From Octopus sinensis (Eukaryota), in contig NC_043010.1 of assembly GCF_006345805.1 (NCBI RefSeq), positions 60,388,001 through 60,452,000 of the forward strand: a stretch of DNA of 64,000 nt. The letters are read 5' to 3'. A program made the translations under genes and the position numbers. How positions within the stretch are numbered: position 1 is the stretch's first letter; every line of letters starts with the position of its first letter. Shown piece by piece: positions 51,801-64,000 of this stretch. The notes beneath the pieces are model-generated. The model did not search any database, was not told the DNA's origin, and worked only from the letters and a program-made list of their open reading frames with translations.

Positions 51801-52989
51801 TAAGAGGCATTGTTAAAATTTAGTGTAAATTCATGATTTCATTAAAATTTCATTAAAACAAAACATCTGATTCACCAATTTTTTCCAATCATCCTGATAC
51901 TTTTACCCAGGCTGTGAGCTATACATAACTCAACATGTATGATGTTAACTGCCATCTTATGTAATTAAAGCCATTATAAGTTGTCTGTTGTTGTATTATA
52001 GATCTTTTTTAATTTGTAATTAAATTTTGTAAATATGGGGTGAAATGTAAAACTATTCTGATTGGCAAGCTCAATTATGCAATGCAGTTTTCCTTTTTTT
52101 AATAAACTGTTTCAAATTATGTTGATAATAATGTCAAATGAATAAATCAATATTCTGGTTATGTTGAGAAAAATAAAAAAAATTATGTACAAAGCTATTT
52201 TAGTGTTTTTACATATGAAAAGTTAAATGCCTATTTGGAATTTCATATTGTAACAATATAAGAAATTCTTGTTTAAATATTAAAGCCTTTGACTGTCAGT
52301 ACTAAATAACTATTGATATACACCATCATATTTTTCTCTTTCACAATATAATTTATTTTTTTTATTTTTTACATTTTAAGTTCACTATTTTAATGTACAA
52401 ATTGTACTTTTTCTCATTAGCTGCCTTTGAATGATTCTAGATAAAATGATATGCATTCATGAAACTAAAAATATCCCACTTTAAATGAGAAGCATCTATA
52501 TGAACATCATTGTTCTCTCTGAATAATGTAAGAAACCCTTGGCAATATAATAAAATATCATTTCATTGACAACAAAAGACATTGTTTGCAGTTGCTTCCA
52601 TTCATTACATTTTTTTAATTTTGCAAAATTATGAAAAAAGAATTATAATTTAAAGATCGAATTTAATTTTAACTGAACTATGGTGATTATTTTTCTTGCT
52701 TAATTCAAACACCTAAATAAACATGTATATAAGAAAAGACTAAATTTATTTTCCTATTTGAATGTTGAGTACCATAATCCATGAAGTAATATTGCATGTA
52801 TCAAAGTTAAAGAAGACATATTTCGAATATATTTTGTTTTTGAAAATTGGAACTTTTTTTTACTTTATTAATTTGGACCTCAGGAAGGAGCTACACCCAT
52901 GGCCATTACCCTCCAAGTCTAACAAGAAAGATACTGCTAATATTCAGCTTAATGTGTTGCAAGTCAATTATTGCAGGAACTATATGTGA

Positions 52990-54290
52990 TGTGTAGGGAG
53001 GATATTCCAGAAAGCTAATGTTCAAGGGAAGAAGGAGAGGACATGAGAGTCAGCACTGAGAATTAGTCACAATATAGGTAATAACTGGAGAAGAGTCAAG
53101 AGAACCTGAGTGGAGGTGGTTCAACACAAGCCAACACTGTAGAGCAAAATCTATTGATAAAGTATCAGGAAAGGCAGAGAAAAGATATGGCATATCAGTG
53201 GGCCAGAAGTTAAAATTTGTCAGTGACAAACTTTAACTTCAGGCAAATAAGTCTAACTTCATATCAATTAGTCAAGGGGCCTTCCCCTTAATGTTGTAAC
53301 ATCATCCCTGATATAGAAGCTGTATCCATTGTGGGTTTCTCTTGATCTTTGTAGAGGATTATTAGTTGAAGGTAATTGAGGTATTTTCTATATCTGAAGA
53401 GGAATATCCATCACTAGGATGCAACCCTTACTATGTTAAGGACATATGTTGACCAGAAGAAATCCTCTGTGAAAGTGAGACCTAGCATTGAAGTAATCAT
53501 GAAGTTTAAGGTAGGTACAACAGTGTTTTCTAGATATGACCAGTCATTACCTTTTTTGGGTGTTGAGACAATATTGGCATAACCTCATAGGAGGGTTTAA
53601 TGAGGTCTGTTCATGGTGTCTGTATAAATTTGACATATGGTTTCAAGGATGTAAATGGTGCTTTAGTGGAAAAGATGAAGGAGGAATGAAAGCTGGTATC
53701 ATCTGTGAGGAATAGGCATTGTCTGAGGCAGTAGCAAGTAGGCCATTGATATATGGAAGTATATGAGGACAAAAACAAACTCTCACTTGAGCTGACGAAG
53801 TATAGAGAAAGCATTATCAACATGTACTGCAATGGTCACATAAAGCAATTGATAGGAAACCACTTAGAGTGAATGATTGATGAAGACCATATTCAAGCAA
53901 ATTTGCTTGCCAGATGGTCAAAAGCTTTTCACTAATTTTCTTATGGGAGTGAGCCCACTAGTGAGTGACAAGGTAGAGTTGGTTGCTAACAGATACAGTT
54001 TATGAAATCTGTACCGGTGGTCATTATGGAGGAATACAGATTCAATAAGTTGGAAAAGGGTGCTGCTAATGTCTGTTGCCATCACTTTCAGCAACATATT
54101 AAGATAGGACAGTAGTAGGAGTGCTCTGAGCAGTTGTCCCAGGGTAATTGGAAATGAGATACACTGTAGTGTTTCCAAAGATTGAGACATATCTCTGCAG
54201 AAACAGAGAGAGATTGAAGGATTTGGCAAGTTACATCTAATAGCACCAATACAGCTACTTATGCATAACACACTTCAAGCTACACACTTC
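52990..54290 (-). mobile_element. Highly decayed Penelope-like reverse transcriptase relic
   Basis: Minus-strand fragments LKVMATDISS, SFHSSFIFS, TDLIKP and GYS in the order expected for a PLE RT; weak, many stops. Confidence 0.35.
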
Positions 54291-55251
54291 CTACAATTGC
54301 TAGTCCAAACTCTGACAGATCTTATGAAATCACGAATTCACTTCATTAGGCAAGAACATATTTCATTACTCTTTCACATGACTTTCATGAGTTCTTGTCT
54401 GAAGAGTACACATTCTATATTGTATCTAGAGTACAATAAACAAATTACATTGATATTATCAATATTTTTTTTAATAAGAAAGAAAATCCAGCATATTTCT
54501 CTAGCATTTTCATTGTAAGCAAAGGAACAGCAAAATGAGAATTAAAATGTCATGGCAAGTTTCTTGCACACAATACATGTTAATTTGTCTCAATTCTTAC
54601 ATCACTACCATGTTTCTGCTTCTCCAACTCAATTTTACATTAACATTATGTTAACTAATCAAGGACTTATACTGAAACAAATTAGATGAAGAGAAGCAGG
54701 ATTCTGTAATGATGTTGGGAGTGATTAACAGTAGCACTATTATTGTCATCATCAAATTCATATATGATAACTGTTAATAAAGTTAAGCATACTTCAAAAT
54801 TTTCTCTCTTGTATGCTTTGGCTGAGATTTTATAGATTGATGCTATTCTACTTGTTAACCACTGTCATAGGTTAGAATGGGTGTATATCATTTTTTAAAT
54901 GTGGAACCGTCTCTACAACATTTAGTTTAATTTCATACAGGTTTAAATGGATTACATTCACTATAGCACAAAAGACCCCATCTTGCCTTACTGATAATTA
55001 GAAAATGGAGCAAAAAAGAAGGAATATGATATTTACCATAGTGAAAAGCAAAGATTCATCAATTTTCCAGATTAAAACTAGAGAATACAAGTATCATATT
55101 GCATTTGATTTAGTGAGAAAACCAATGTCAGTGATAAGATTAAAATAGGTAACTCATGTTTTAAATATTTGGCCAATGTGGAACAGATAAAAATCATATC
55201 AAGGATAAAATTTACAGTAGCAGCAAACAATATTACTAAATTCTTTATCTA

Positions 55252-56514
55252 TACAAGTGTCAGCAGAAAATTTCAAAGGCTGGCGATGATACTGTCATAG
55301 AATATGACCAAGTAAGGTTTATTTTGAACATAGACCCCTTTGCAGACCATACAGTTCTTCAGTCAGTGTTGCAGTGCTAGGATCCCATCGGTGAAAAATT
55401 TTTCATCCAGTTGATCAAAAAAGGTCATCAACAATGGATATGACATCAGCATCACTGTGATACTGCTTCCTAGCCAAGCGTTTTTTTATTCTTTTTTCGC
55501 GTTGGAAAACAGATAGTAGTCAAATGGAGCAAAATCAGGAGAATAAGGAGGATGATCAACCACTTCAAAGCCACAGTCGCACTTGTGTGCTGGATCATTA
55601 TTCTGATGAAATAAGACCCCTTTTATCAGTTTTCCTGGACATTTGGTCTTGATAGCCTTTTGTAACTGCCTCAGTAAGTTGACATATTACTCTCCATTGA
55701 TGGTGTGGCCCTTTTGAAGTTACTCAATAAACACAATGCCTCTTGCATCCTAAAAGGGTGAGGTTATCACCTTGACCTTCTTCGAAGCAGGTGAGGAGGA
55801 ATGTTTCTACTGCATGGATTATCTCTTTGTCTTTGACTCAAAGTGATGAACCCAATACTTATCCTGGGTTAGAAAATGTTCAAGGAAACCAGCTGGAACT
55901 ACCTCAAGCAATGTCAGATTTTCCTGTGATGTGATCAGCCTGATGTGCTTTTGATCAGGTATCAGAAGACATGGTACCCACTGAACAGAAAACTTCATCA
56001 TGTCAAGTTCATTGAGCAGAATATTCTCAACTCTTTTACAGAACATGCAAACAGCATTGGCTATTTGATTTATAGTCAATTGCCTGTCATCCATCACCAT
56101 ATGGTGAACACAATCAATGTTTTCTTCGGTGGTTGCAGTTGCTGTACAGATCTTGGATCATCTTTAAGTATCTCCATTTCCCTCTTAAATTTACCTATCC
56201 ACTTTTGCATTGTTGATAAAGCTGGAGTGTCAGCCCCTAATGTAGCAATCATGTCAGCGTGCATGTTCATGGGTGCTAAACCCTTTTTTATCTGCAGATA
56301 CTCAATAACACCATGATACTAAATTTTGTCCATTTTCAAGAGAAGCTGCCTCAAGTTTCTTTTGAAGTCTTCTTTGAACAGTCAGATGTCAGTTTACATG
56401 GAAAGAAACAATGCAGTTATTAATAAGAGAAGTTGAAATTAATGCATGCATGACTTTGCAGCTCTAGCTTCACTCCTTCTTAGTTAGCTTAAGAATTTTC
56501 AGCCCACATTCATA
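55252..56514 (-). mobile_element. Decayed mariner transposon (~1.26 kb)
   Basis: DRQLTINQIA..., WVPCLL (mariner WVPxxL), TQDKYWVHHF (first catalytic D); imperfect TIRs tacaagtgtcagcagaaaattt / aattttcagcccacattcata. Confidence 0.85.
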
Positions 56515-57529
56515 AAATCAACTATCTTGAGCTTCAGTCTGAAATGTAACATCCACTTTGCTGCATGCATTTCTCCTCTTACTCTTAATGCAGGAACATT
56601 TAACAGACTAACACAGTCATGAACAAAATTTCTGTCAGAGAGATTTCAGCCCACTTCACAAAACCTAATGAGGAACCAGATGGATTAGATGGGATCAAAC
56701 AACTTAGAATATTTCAACACCTTAACAGATATAAGCAAGGTCATAAATTTTGATGAGGAATATAATTGACTGAATCAATCTCATTACACAACTGGTATTA
56801 ATTTAAACAACACAGAAGTTTTAATAGCAAAGTCAACTTCCGGCAGGAGATAGGAACAAAGGTAAATTCTAAGGCATTTAATCTGTCATGATTATGAATG
56901 TAGTAACAATAATGACTCCATTCTAAGACTCAAGGCCAATTTTTGTGGAGAATATTATAGATCTTTACATTCCAATGTGATTTAATTTCAGAATGCAGAG
57001 TAACATAGTTAAATACTATAAAATTATTTATTCTGGCATTTTACTTGCCAGCCAGCTATGAATTTAATATAATAATTGACTTATAATTGCAAATCCAAAA
57101 GACTTCCACAAGATTCAGTTACTAAAATAGAAGCTGACACATTCAACAACACAAAGATATCTACAAGCAATATATCACAATACAAATATATAAAACTCTA
57201 AAATTTTTTAATTCAATTTTTAAAATTTAATTTAATTTAAATTTAATTTATATTAGAGAAACCAACGACAAAACTTATATATGGTTTCTCAATTTGTTAG
57301 AAATAACAAAACATTTCTGCCCAGATCATATAGTACCATCTTAAAAGAGGAAGGACACATGAAAATAAAGTATGTTCAAATAAAAGATAAATTGATCATA
57401 GGCCTGTTTTAATGATGACTGATCTGGAGCTAAACAATGACAACTATATTACAAAATGTAATTTGAAATAACTTTTATTTTTCTCAAGAGACAACTAATA
57501 AGATAAAAACCTAATATTTAAACTTTTAC

Positions 57530-58420
57530 ATTCTACATTAGTGAGCAGGGATGTTGTCTTCAGGTTAAGTGGCAACAAGTCTCCTCAAATCTCAAGAATC
57601 TTTCTTCTTAAGATTCTTGCAGAATACAATAGGGCACTTTTCTGCAGGTCAGCAATGCAAGTCTCAATTCCAATCTCTTTCAGACTCTTAGGTGGCAGTA
57701 TTTTGGGTGTTATGCAAAGTGCACCAATTGCCACATGAATAATTGCCATCTTAGTCTTCCACAGTCTTTTCATCTCTCAGGCTCAATCCAATTATTTCTC
57801 AGTTTTTTTCACTTTCTTTGGTATCTAATCCATTATAACAAGCTATTGCAAAGTCTATGATCTTACACTGCTTGCTTCTTTTGTCCTCAATAATCATATC
57901 TGTTTTTTTTTTTTGCTTCAACAGTATGGTCTGTCTTTAAAATCCTGTAATCCTTAATCTCTCTCTCAGCTTCTGACTTGTTTTCATACAACTTTTCTAC
58001 ATTTTGTATCCACACACTCAGTTAACATCCTAATGCACTCTTTTACGCACACAGTCATACCTGTGCATATATTCTTTTCATGCTAGCTTATTGCATTCAC
58101 TTAGGAGATTAATACTTTCATCTCCTTTCCCACAGATTCTGTATTTACTCTCTGAGTTTCATCAAACTTTGCTTTTATCAAATTCATCTTATTGACTTCT
58201 CTTTCTCATTTTAGGTTTTCGTCCATCAGCTACATCCAATGTTCTTTACTTCCAATATTCTCAGTTTGTTGCATGAATTGGCTGCGTAATTTCTTCTCTT
58301 TCCGGCTATTTGTTCTGCTGTTCTTCCTTCTTTTCTTGAATTCTCCTACTCTTTCAAAAACCTTTTGGACATTTCTAGCCATTGACAACATACTTTCTTC
58401 ACCATATATTCTTCTTATCA
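57530..58420 (-). mobile_element. R4/Dong-like non-LTR retrotransposon 3' fragment (restriction-like endonuclease)
   Basis: Minus strand reads CRICGKGDESIN..SECNKLA..EYMHRYD (zinc knuckle), DMIIEDK..CKIIDFAI (RLE core) and MKRLW...VAIGAL...LQKSALLYSARILR. Confidence 0.8.
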
Positions 58421-58435
58421 CTATTATCATTACTA

Positions 58436-59240
58436 TAAGGCAGCAAGCTAGACGAATTGTTAGCATGCTGGACAAAAAAATCTAATGCATCTTTATGTTC
58501 TGAGTTCAAATTCTACCAAGGTCACCTTTGCCTTTCATCCTTTCAAGGTTAATAAAATATGTGCCAGTTGAGCACTGGAGCTGATATAATCGACTTACTG
58601 CCCACCCTCAGAATTGATGGCCTTATGCCAAAATTTGAAACCGTTATTATGAGGCAGCAAGCTGGCAGAATTGTTAGCACACCTGACAAAATGCATAGCA
58701 GCATTTAATTTATCTTTAAGTTCTGAGTTCAAATTCTGTTGAGGTTGGTTTTGCCTTTCATCCTTTAGGGGTCAATGAAATAGGTACCAGTTGAGCACTG
58801 GGGTCAAAAAGTTAACTGGCCCCCTCCCAAAAATTTCAGGTCATGTACCTATAATAGAAAAGATTATTATTATTATTATTATTATTATTATCATTATTGA
58901 TTGAGAGACCAGTGCATGCCATCAAAGTGACACTGAGGTAAAATATACGAAGCCCAGTATACCCATCATGACTACCCATCTGATAAAGGTAAACTAGGCA
59001 CATGCATCACAACCATATGTGCGTAACATAGTGATCTCATATCAAGATAAACAGCACATGACTTGCAGGTGGGGCCCAGTTAGAATTTTCTTCAGGTTCA
59101 GTTGCCCATCCTGCTCAAAAGGTCCTTGAATAAGAGTTGTTTAAGGATGTTTGATAAAACCCATGTTTCCAAAGATGAATTATCCAAACCCCAAAGAATT
59201 CTTCTCAACACATGGCTATGATACTCCCCACTACTTCTTA

Positions 59241-59276
<36 letters not shown>

Positions 59277-59405
59277 CATTATTATTCAGCTTTGCCTTTC
59301 ATCCTATAGGGGTCAATGAAATAGGTACCAGCTGGATACTGGGGTCAGTGTAATTAACTGGCCCCCTTCTCCAAAATTTCAGATCTTGCACCTATAATAG
59401 AAAGG
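58436..59405 (+). mobile_element. Tandem SINE copies and an unclassified repeat (58900-59240) within (ATT)n tracts
   Basis: Three copies of the SINE seen at 1121; the end of 58900-59240 matches 41535-41600. Confidence 0.7.
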
Positions 59406-59409
59406 ATCA

Positions 59410-59433
59410 TTATTATTATTATTATTATTATTA

Positions 59434-59492
<59 letters not shown>

Positions 59493-59523
59493 GTTATGTA
59501 GTAGTAGTAGTAGTAGTAGTAGT
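59410..59523. repeat. (ATT)n(GTA)n microsatellite
   Basis: Directly visible. Confidence 0.9.
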
Positions 59524-62500
59524 TTAGATTAATTTATAACCACATTCCTGGCAAATAAATCTTGCTAATTCCTATCCAAGTCTTCCCTAATTGAAGCTAA
59601 AGTTTTCAGTGTAAAAACAGATTTTTTTCCTGAATATACTTGAAGTAAACTATGCTAATCATTGCAGCAATTGAGTAGATTACTAATAAGCCACACAATG
59701 TTAAACCTAAATAATATACTTTGACAAGTAGTGCTAAGTCAAGAAAAAAATGAAAATCTATAATCCTTAATGGGAAACAACCAGCATGTACAGACTGTTT
59801 CAGCAGCTGCAATAACAGCAGTCTGCAGCCAAAAAGCAACTATAGCCTTAAATACAAGCAATCATCACAATGCAAAGTATAGCCTTAGATAGAACCTATC
59901 ATAAAGCAGACAGAAATTTGGGGAAGGGATCCTACTATTCATGAAAGGCATAGGAGAGAACAATGACTGCAAAAGTAGGGCAAAGAGAAGAGACACAGAG
60001 AATGAGGTAGAGGAAAAAGAAGATATTAGAATGACAAATCCTTTGTCCTTTAATAAAAGAATGTGGAATGTTGTATTGACAAATAATCATCATTGTGAAA
60101 ATTAAACAGTATGCAATAATACTGTGATATAACCTATCCAAAAAGTTTGTATAAAATATTTTTAGGGATTGTATCATTCCTAGTTCATTAGCACTCTGTT
60201 ACCAAAAGTATTGATGAAAATTATATCAGAACTGATGGATATACTATAACTTTAAAATTATCAAATGAGTATAACATACTCATACACATGTTTCACATGT
60301 AATCATATCCAATATTTCCCATTATTATATTTACATTCAAAACAGAGGAAATTAGATATTTGCATCTTAATTATTTTTCCAACAATATTCCACAAAAAGA
60401 AAACAGTACTTCTACAAATTATCAAAAATTCTACTCTAATTTCTACTGACTCATCATCTAAAGAAAAAAAACTATCAAGCAAAGAATTAGATTAACCTAA
60501 AATATCATTAAAAATAAATATATAAATAGAACTGAAAGATTAACATTTTTTTAAAATTTTCCAGAAAATATTATTTTATAAAATTCCAAAGAAACATAAT
60601 CTAAAACATGAATGCCAATACCATGTGTCATTAGGAAAAAAGTCATTTCTATTAACAGGGTGAAATCCAGGGTGGAGGGGAGACAAAAACATGAGAAAAT
60701 ATATGGAAAGGAAAAAGAATTTGTTGAGATACCTGCATCTGGAAATGGAATAAAATTATTCAAATAGTTCTTTTAAGTACATTATTCAACTTAAAAATAT
60801 CTACTTAAAGGTCTAAACTTGATAAGAAATATATTGAATTCTCATTAGAAAAATTGATTAAAAAGTCATATGGAGACTTTTTAGTGTTTAAATATACATG
60901 AAGGCAGGAAAGTAGAAAATTGTTTCTATGCCTTAAAATGTTGAAGGGATGTTCCTGTAACACACAAAAAAAAAAAACTCCATGTTTTATAACAAATCTT
61001 GTTTTACTTAACTTCTAATAAAAATGATAAATGTTTCTTCTGTCTTAAACCTATATTAAAAAATTGAGAAAAATATTTACCCTTTGTGAACCATTATAAT
61101 TAAGCTGCCATAGAGCAGTTTTATATCCCACTCTATCTTTTGTTGAAGAATGTAATTTTTGAAACGATATTTTATTGAAATATATCAAGTTTATTGAGGC
61201 AACTTAGCTTAAAGAAAATACCAATTCTATTTTCTGGTAGATATTTAACATTATTACTGGAATAACCATGAAATTTAATTTCACAGTTAAAGGATTAAAA
61301 TATCACCGTTGACATTTTACATCCACTCTCCACGTTGGTATAGATTAAACAGGTCATCATGGTCTGAGTGGGTTCATATTGAATGTTACTCCCATCTTAG
61401 TTGGGTTAGAGAACCACAACTTGCTCATAAATTTACAGCACATACTGGATGTATTTTATCATGGCAAGTGAGATTGTCTTTTATCCCTTAAGACTAAAGA
61501 GTCTTCATTATTTTATAAAGTGGTCATTCACTCAAGTTAACGTGTTTAAGAAAATAGAAAGAGCAATGACAGAAGAACTAGGAGGGTGCAGTTAATGTTG
61601 CAAGAGTATGATGGCAGAAACAGAGTGATTGCATGAAAGGATGGTAGAAGGGAAGAGAAAGTAATAGAAAGTATTAGAGTTGGATGTTGACAATAGTAAG
61701 GGTGAGTTATGGATGTCAATAGCAAGTGGCTTAAGGAACAAGAGAGCGATGACTGGTAGTAATAACTGGCAGTATAGAAAGGGTGATAGTAGGATGTATG
61801 AGACACTGTCATCCTTAGCTACTCAGATGGAATACAACAGTAAATGTAAGAGAGAGGGAGAAAGTGAGTAAAGAGAGGAGAGTAATGGAGAAATGAGTGA
61901 CAGAGAAATGAGAAGATATCAAAGAGGAAGTAACATATGCAGGTTTAATGAGGACCTATTGGGTTTTGCACAGAGAGATGAGTCTTCTCCAGCACTGCAT
62001 GTTACCACTCAGCCTAGTTCTTTGTCTATCTCTTCCATGAAACTCAGTATCCAGAGGCCTTGACAGAATCCAAAATGTCTGTATTTTGATAGCTGACATT
62101 ATGCATTTAAACAAAGGAAACTGACACGTTTATGCTTTCTCAACTGTATAAATGTAATCAGTGGATGATGCTACATATGTAAAAATTCTTACAAGTTATA
62201 CTTCGAGTAGAGTATGTTGTCTAAACTACAAAGTGTCAAAAACTTTTTTTGTTTTTTGGTAGTTTCTCAGAGAATGTTCCACATGATAGCATTTTCACTT
62301 AAATAAAGGATCTTAAGATAACAACTGTGTTACAGTGGTTTCTTTCTTTCATTTTATCTTAGTGTTTCATTACACTCTCATAAAGATTTGTTGTGATGCA
62401 ATGGTATGCCTGGGAAATAAATAAATGTGGCAATGTGCATTTTCGCATCTCTATAAATCAAATGCTTTTATTAATATACACATAACTGTATTTGCAATCT

Positions 62501-62944
62501 TTAGTTATGAGGTCACTCTTAATCAAGCGTAATAATCATCATTTACCATGATGGCATGTACTGATAGTTGTAATATTAACTGAAGTAAATATGAACAAAA
62601 ACATTAAAAAAAATAATATGTCAGTAAATTTGTCAAATTTAACATTACATATGCATTTAACAATGCTATGTGAATAACAAAAATGTTACTTTTAAGTTGT
62701 TAACTAATTTTTGAAATAATAAGTGAAAACATATTCGAATAAAATTGATATTTCATACATGTTTTTATTAAAATTACTTTTAAATCTATTTTTGATAGGG
62801 AAAATACATGAGAAAACATGTTTGTAAAAGGCTTTATGTATTTCATATATTGTACAACAAGCTAACTATTTTGTACTCAAGTAATTTTTCCTGTACTTAG
62901 AGTTCATGCAATAGCACAAATGAAGAGAAAAATGTTAGCTGCTG

Positions 62945-63069
62945 TCTCTCCCTATCTGACTCACACCTCTAGTCCATCAATATTTTCACATTCTTGCTGC
63001 AGCAGTTACAAAGAACAGTACAGAGATGTAGCAGTCTTGTCACATACACTAACTTCAACAAAAGAGCAA
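62945..63069 (+). promoter_or_regulatory. Divergent Pcdh-type leader exon; its gene is presumably beyond the window
   Basis: ctatcTGACTCAcacctctagtccatcaa (62957-62963), gcagcagttac, gagatgta; donor gagcaa|gtaagt. Confidence 0.45.
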
Positions 63070-64000
63070 GTAAGTTTTTCCACATCATGTTCTTACACTT
63101 ATAATTTTTAGAAAAAGTATAATTTTAAAATATTTCTTTAAAAAGTATTTGTTTTAGAAAATATACAAATTTGACTTTTTTTTTATTATCAGAAGATAGT
63201 AATAAATTTAGTTTGTATCTTACAAGGTACTCACTCATCAAACAAATATTCAAATAGTTATATTACATTTATAATGCTAAAATATGAATACTAAGTTTTT
63301 TATTTACAATCAGTAATCATTTATTAGTGCCCAGAAAACAAGGAAATTGCTTTTCTTTGAGTCATTGTCTGTGAAATTTTATGCATTTAAAGAGAAGTGA
63401 TTTCAGTATATTAATGCATAATATGGTTTATTTAAAAGTAAAAGTAATTATTTCATTTACTTTTATTAATAAAAGAGAAAATACAGAAAGAGATACAAAT
63501 TTGTCCTTATTACTCAATTTGATACCTTGCTTTTCTATCAGTTCACTATAGACAAATTTTCCAACAAAATTAAATTGGCACAGACTTTTCTCCTCCACTA
63601 ACTTTTCATATTTTCACATGCCCATAAAACTTTGTGAATAAGTTTAGTTAATCCTGCTAGTATATAACTAATGTTTATTTTATCAACCATTGAAGGCTGA
63701 AAGTCAATCCTGGCAGGATTTCAACAAAGAACATAAAGCAATATAACCATATACTGTGAGGAATTTTTTTTAGCTACCTTAACGTTCTTTCATATAAAAA
63801 ATATGAAGGCTTAGCAGTTTATATTGGCATAGTTCATGGATGAGAGAACCAGCAGGGCATCAAACAAAATATTTCATGGTATTTAGTTATGTCCTTTCTG
63901 AAGTTTTGATTTTCATTCTTGTGAAACAAGTGCCAGTCAAATACTAAGTTTGATATAATTAACTATACCCTTGAAGGCATTCAATGACTAAAAGTAATAA

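Noticed and set aside
59606-60763. Hydrophobic minus-strand ORFs and a possible + strand exon near 60658
   Set aside because: No recognisable domain, no paralogous copy and no consistent splice structure; AT-rich DNA readily gives such ORFs

Overview
AT-rich, repeat-rich eukaryotic DNA, most likely a coleoid cephalopod (Octopus), inferred from the protocadherin type and the SINE/RTE repeat content. The window is part of a head-to-tail + strand protocadherin (Pcdh) cluster. Each unit has four exons: a short 5' leader exon ending ...(C/A)CAATG(A/C/T)AG|GT, one large exon (signal peptide, EC1-EC6, TM, juxtamembrane region), a 160-nt cytoplasmic exon, and a terminal exon with 80 coding nt ending TYLEPV*. 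In order, the window holds the two tail exons of an upstream gene (unit 0), two complete genes (units 1 and 2, 882 aa each), a decayed unit lacking its large exon, a gene with an in-frame 175-codon deletion that removes most of EC6 and the TM (unit 3), and two further leader-like exons with no large exon inside the window. EC4-TM is nearly identical between paralogues while EC1-EC3 diverge. Introns and intergenic DNA contain RTE, CR1, R4/Dong-like and Penelope-like retroelements, mariner and piggyBac relics, SINEs, two large fold-back elements and microsatellites. All exon structures are manual predictions from paralogue comparison and have no transcript support.
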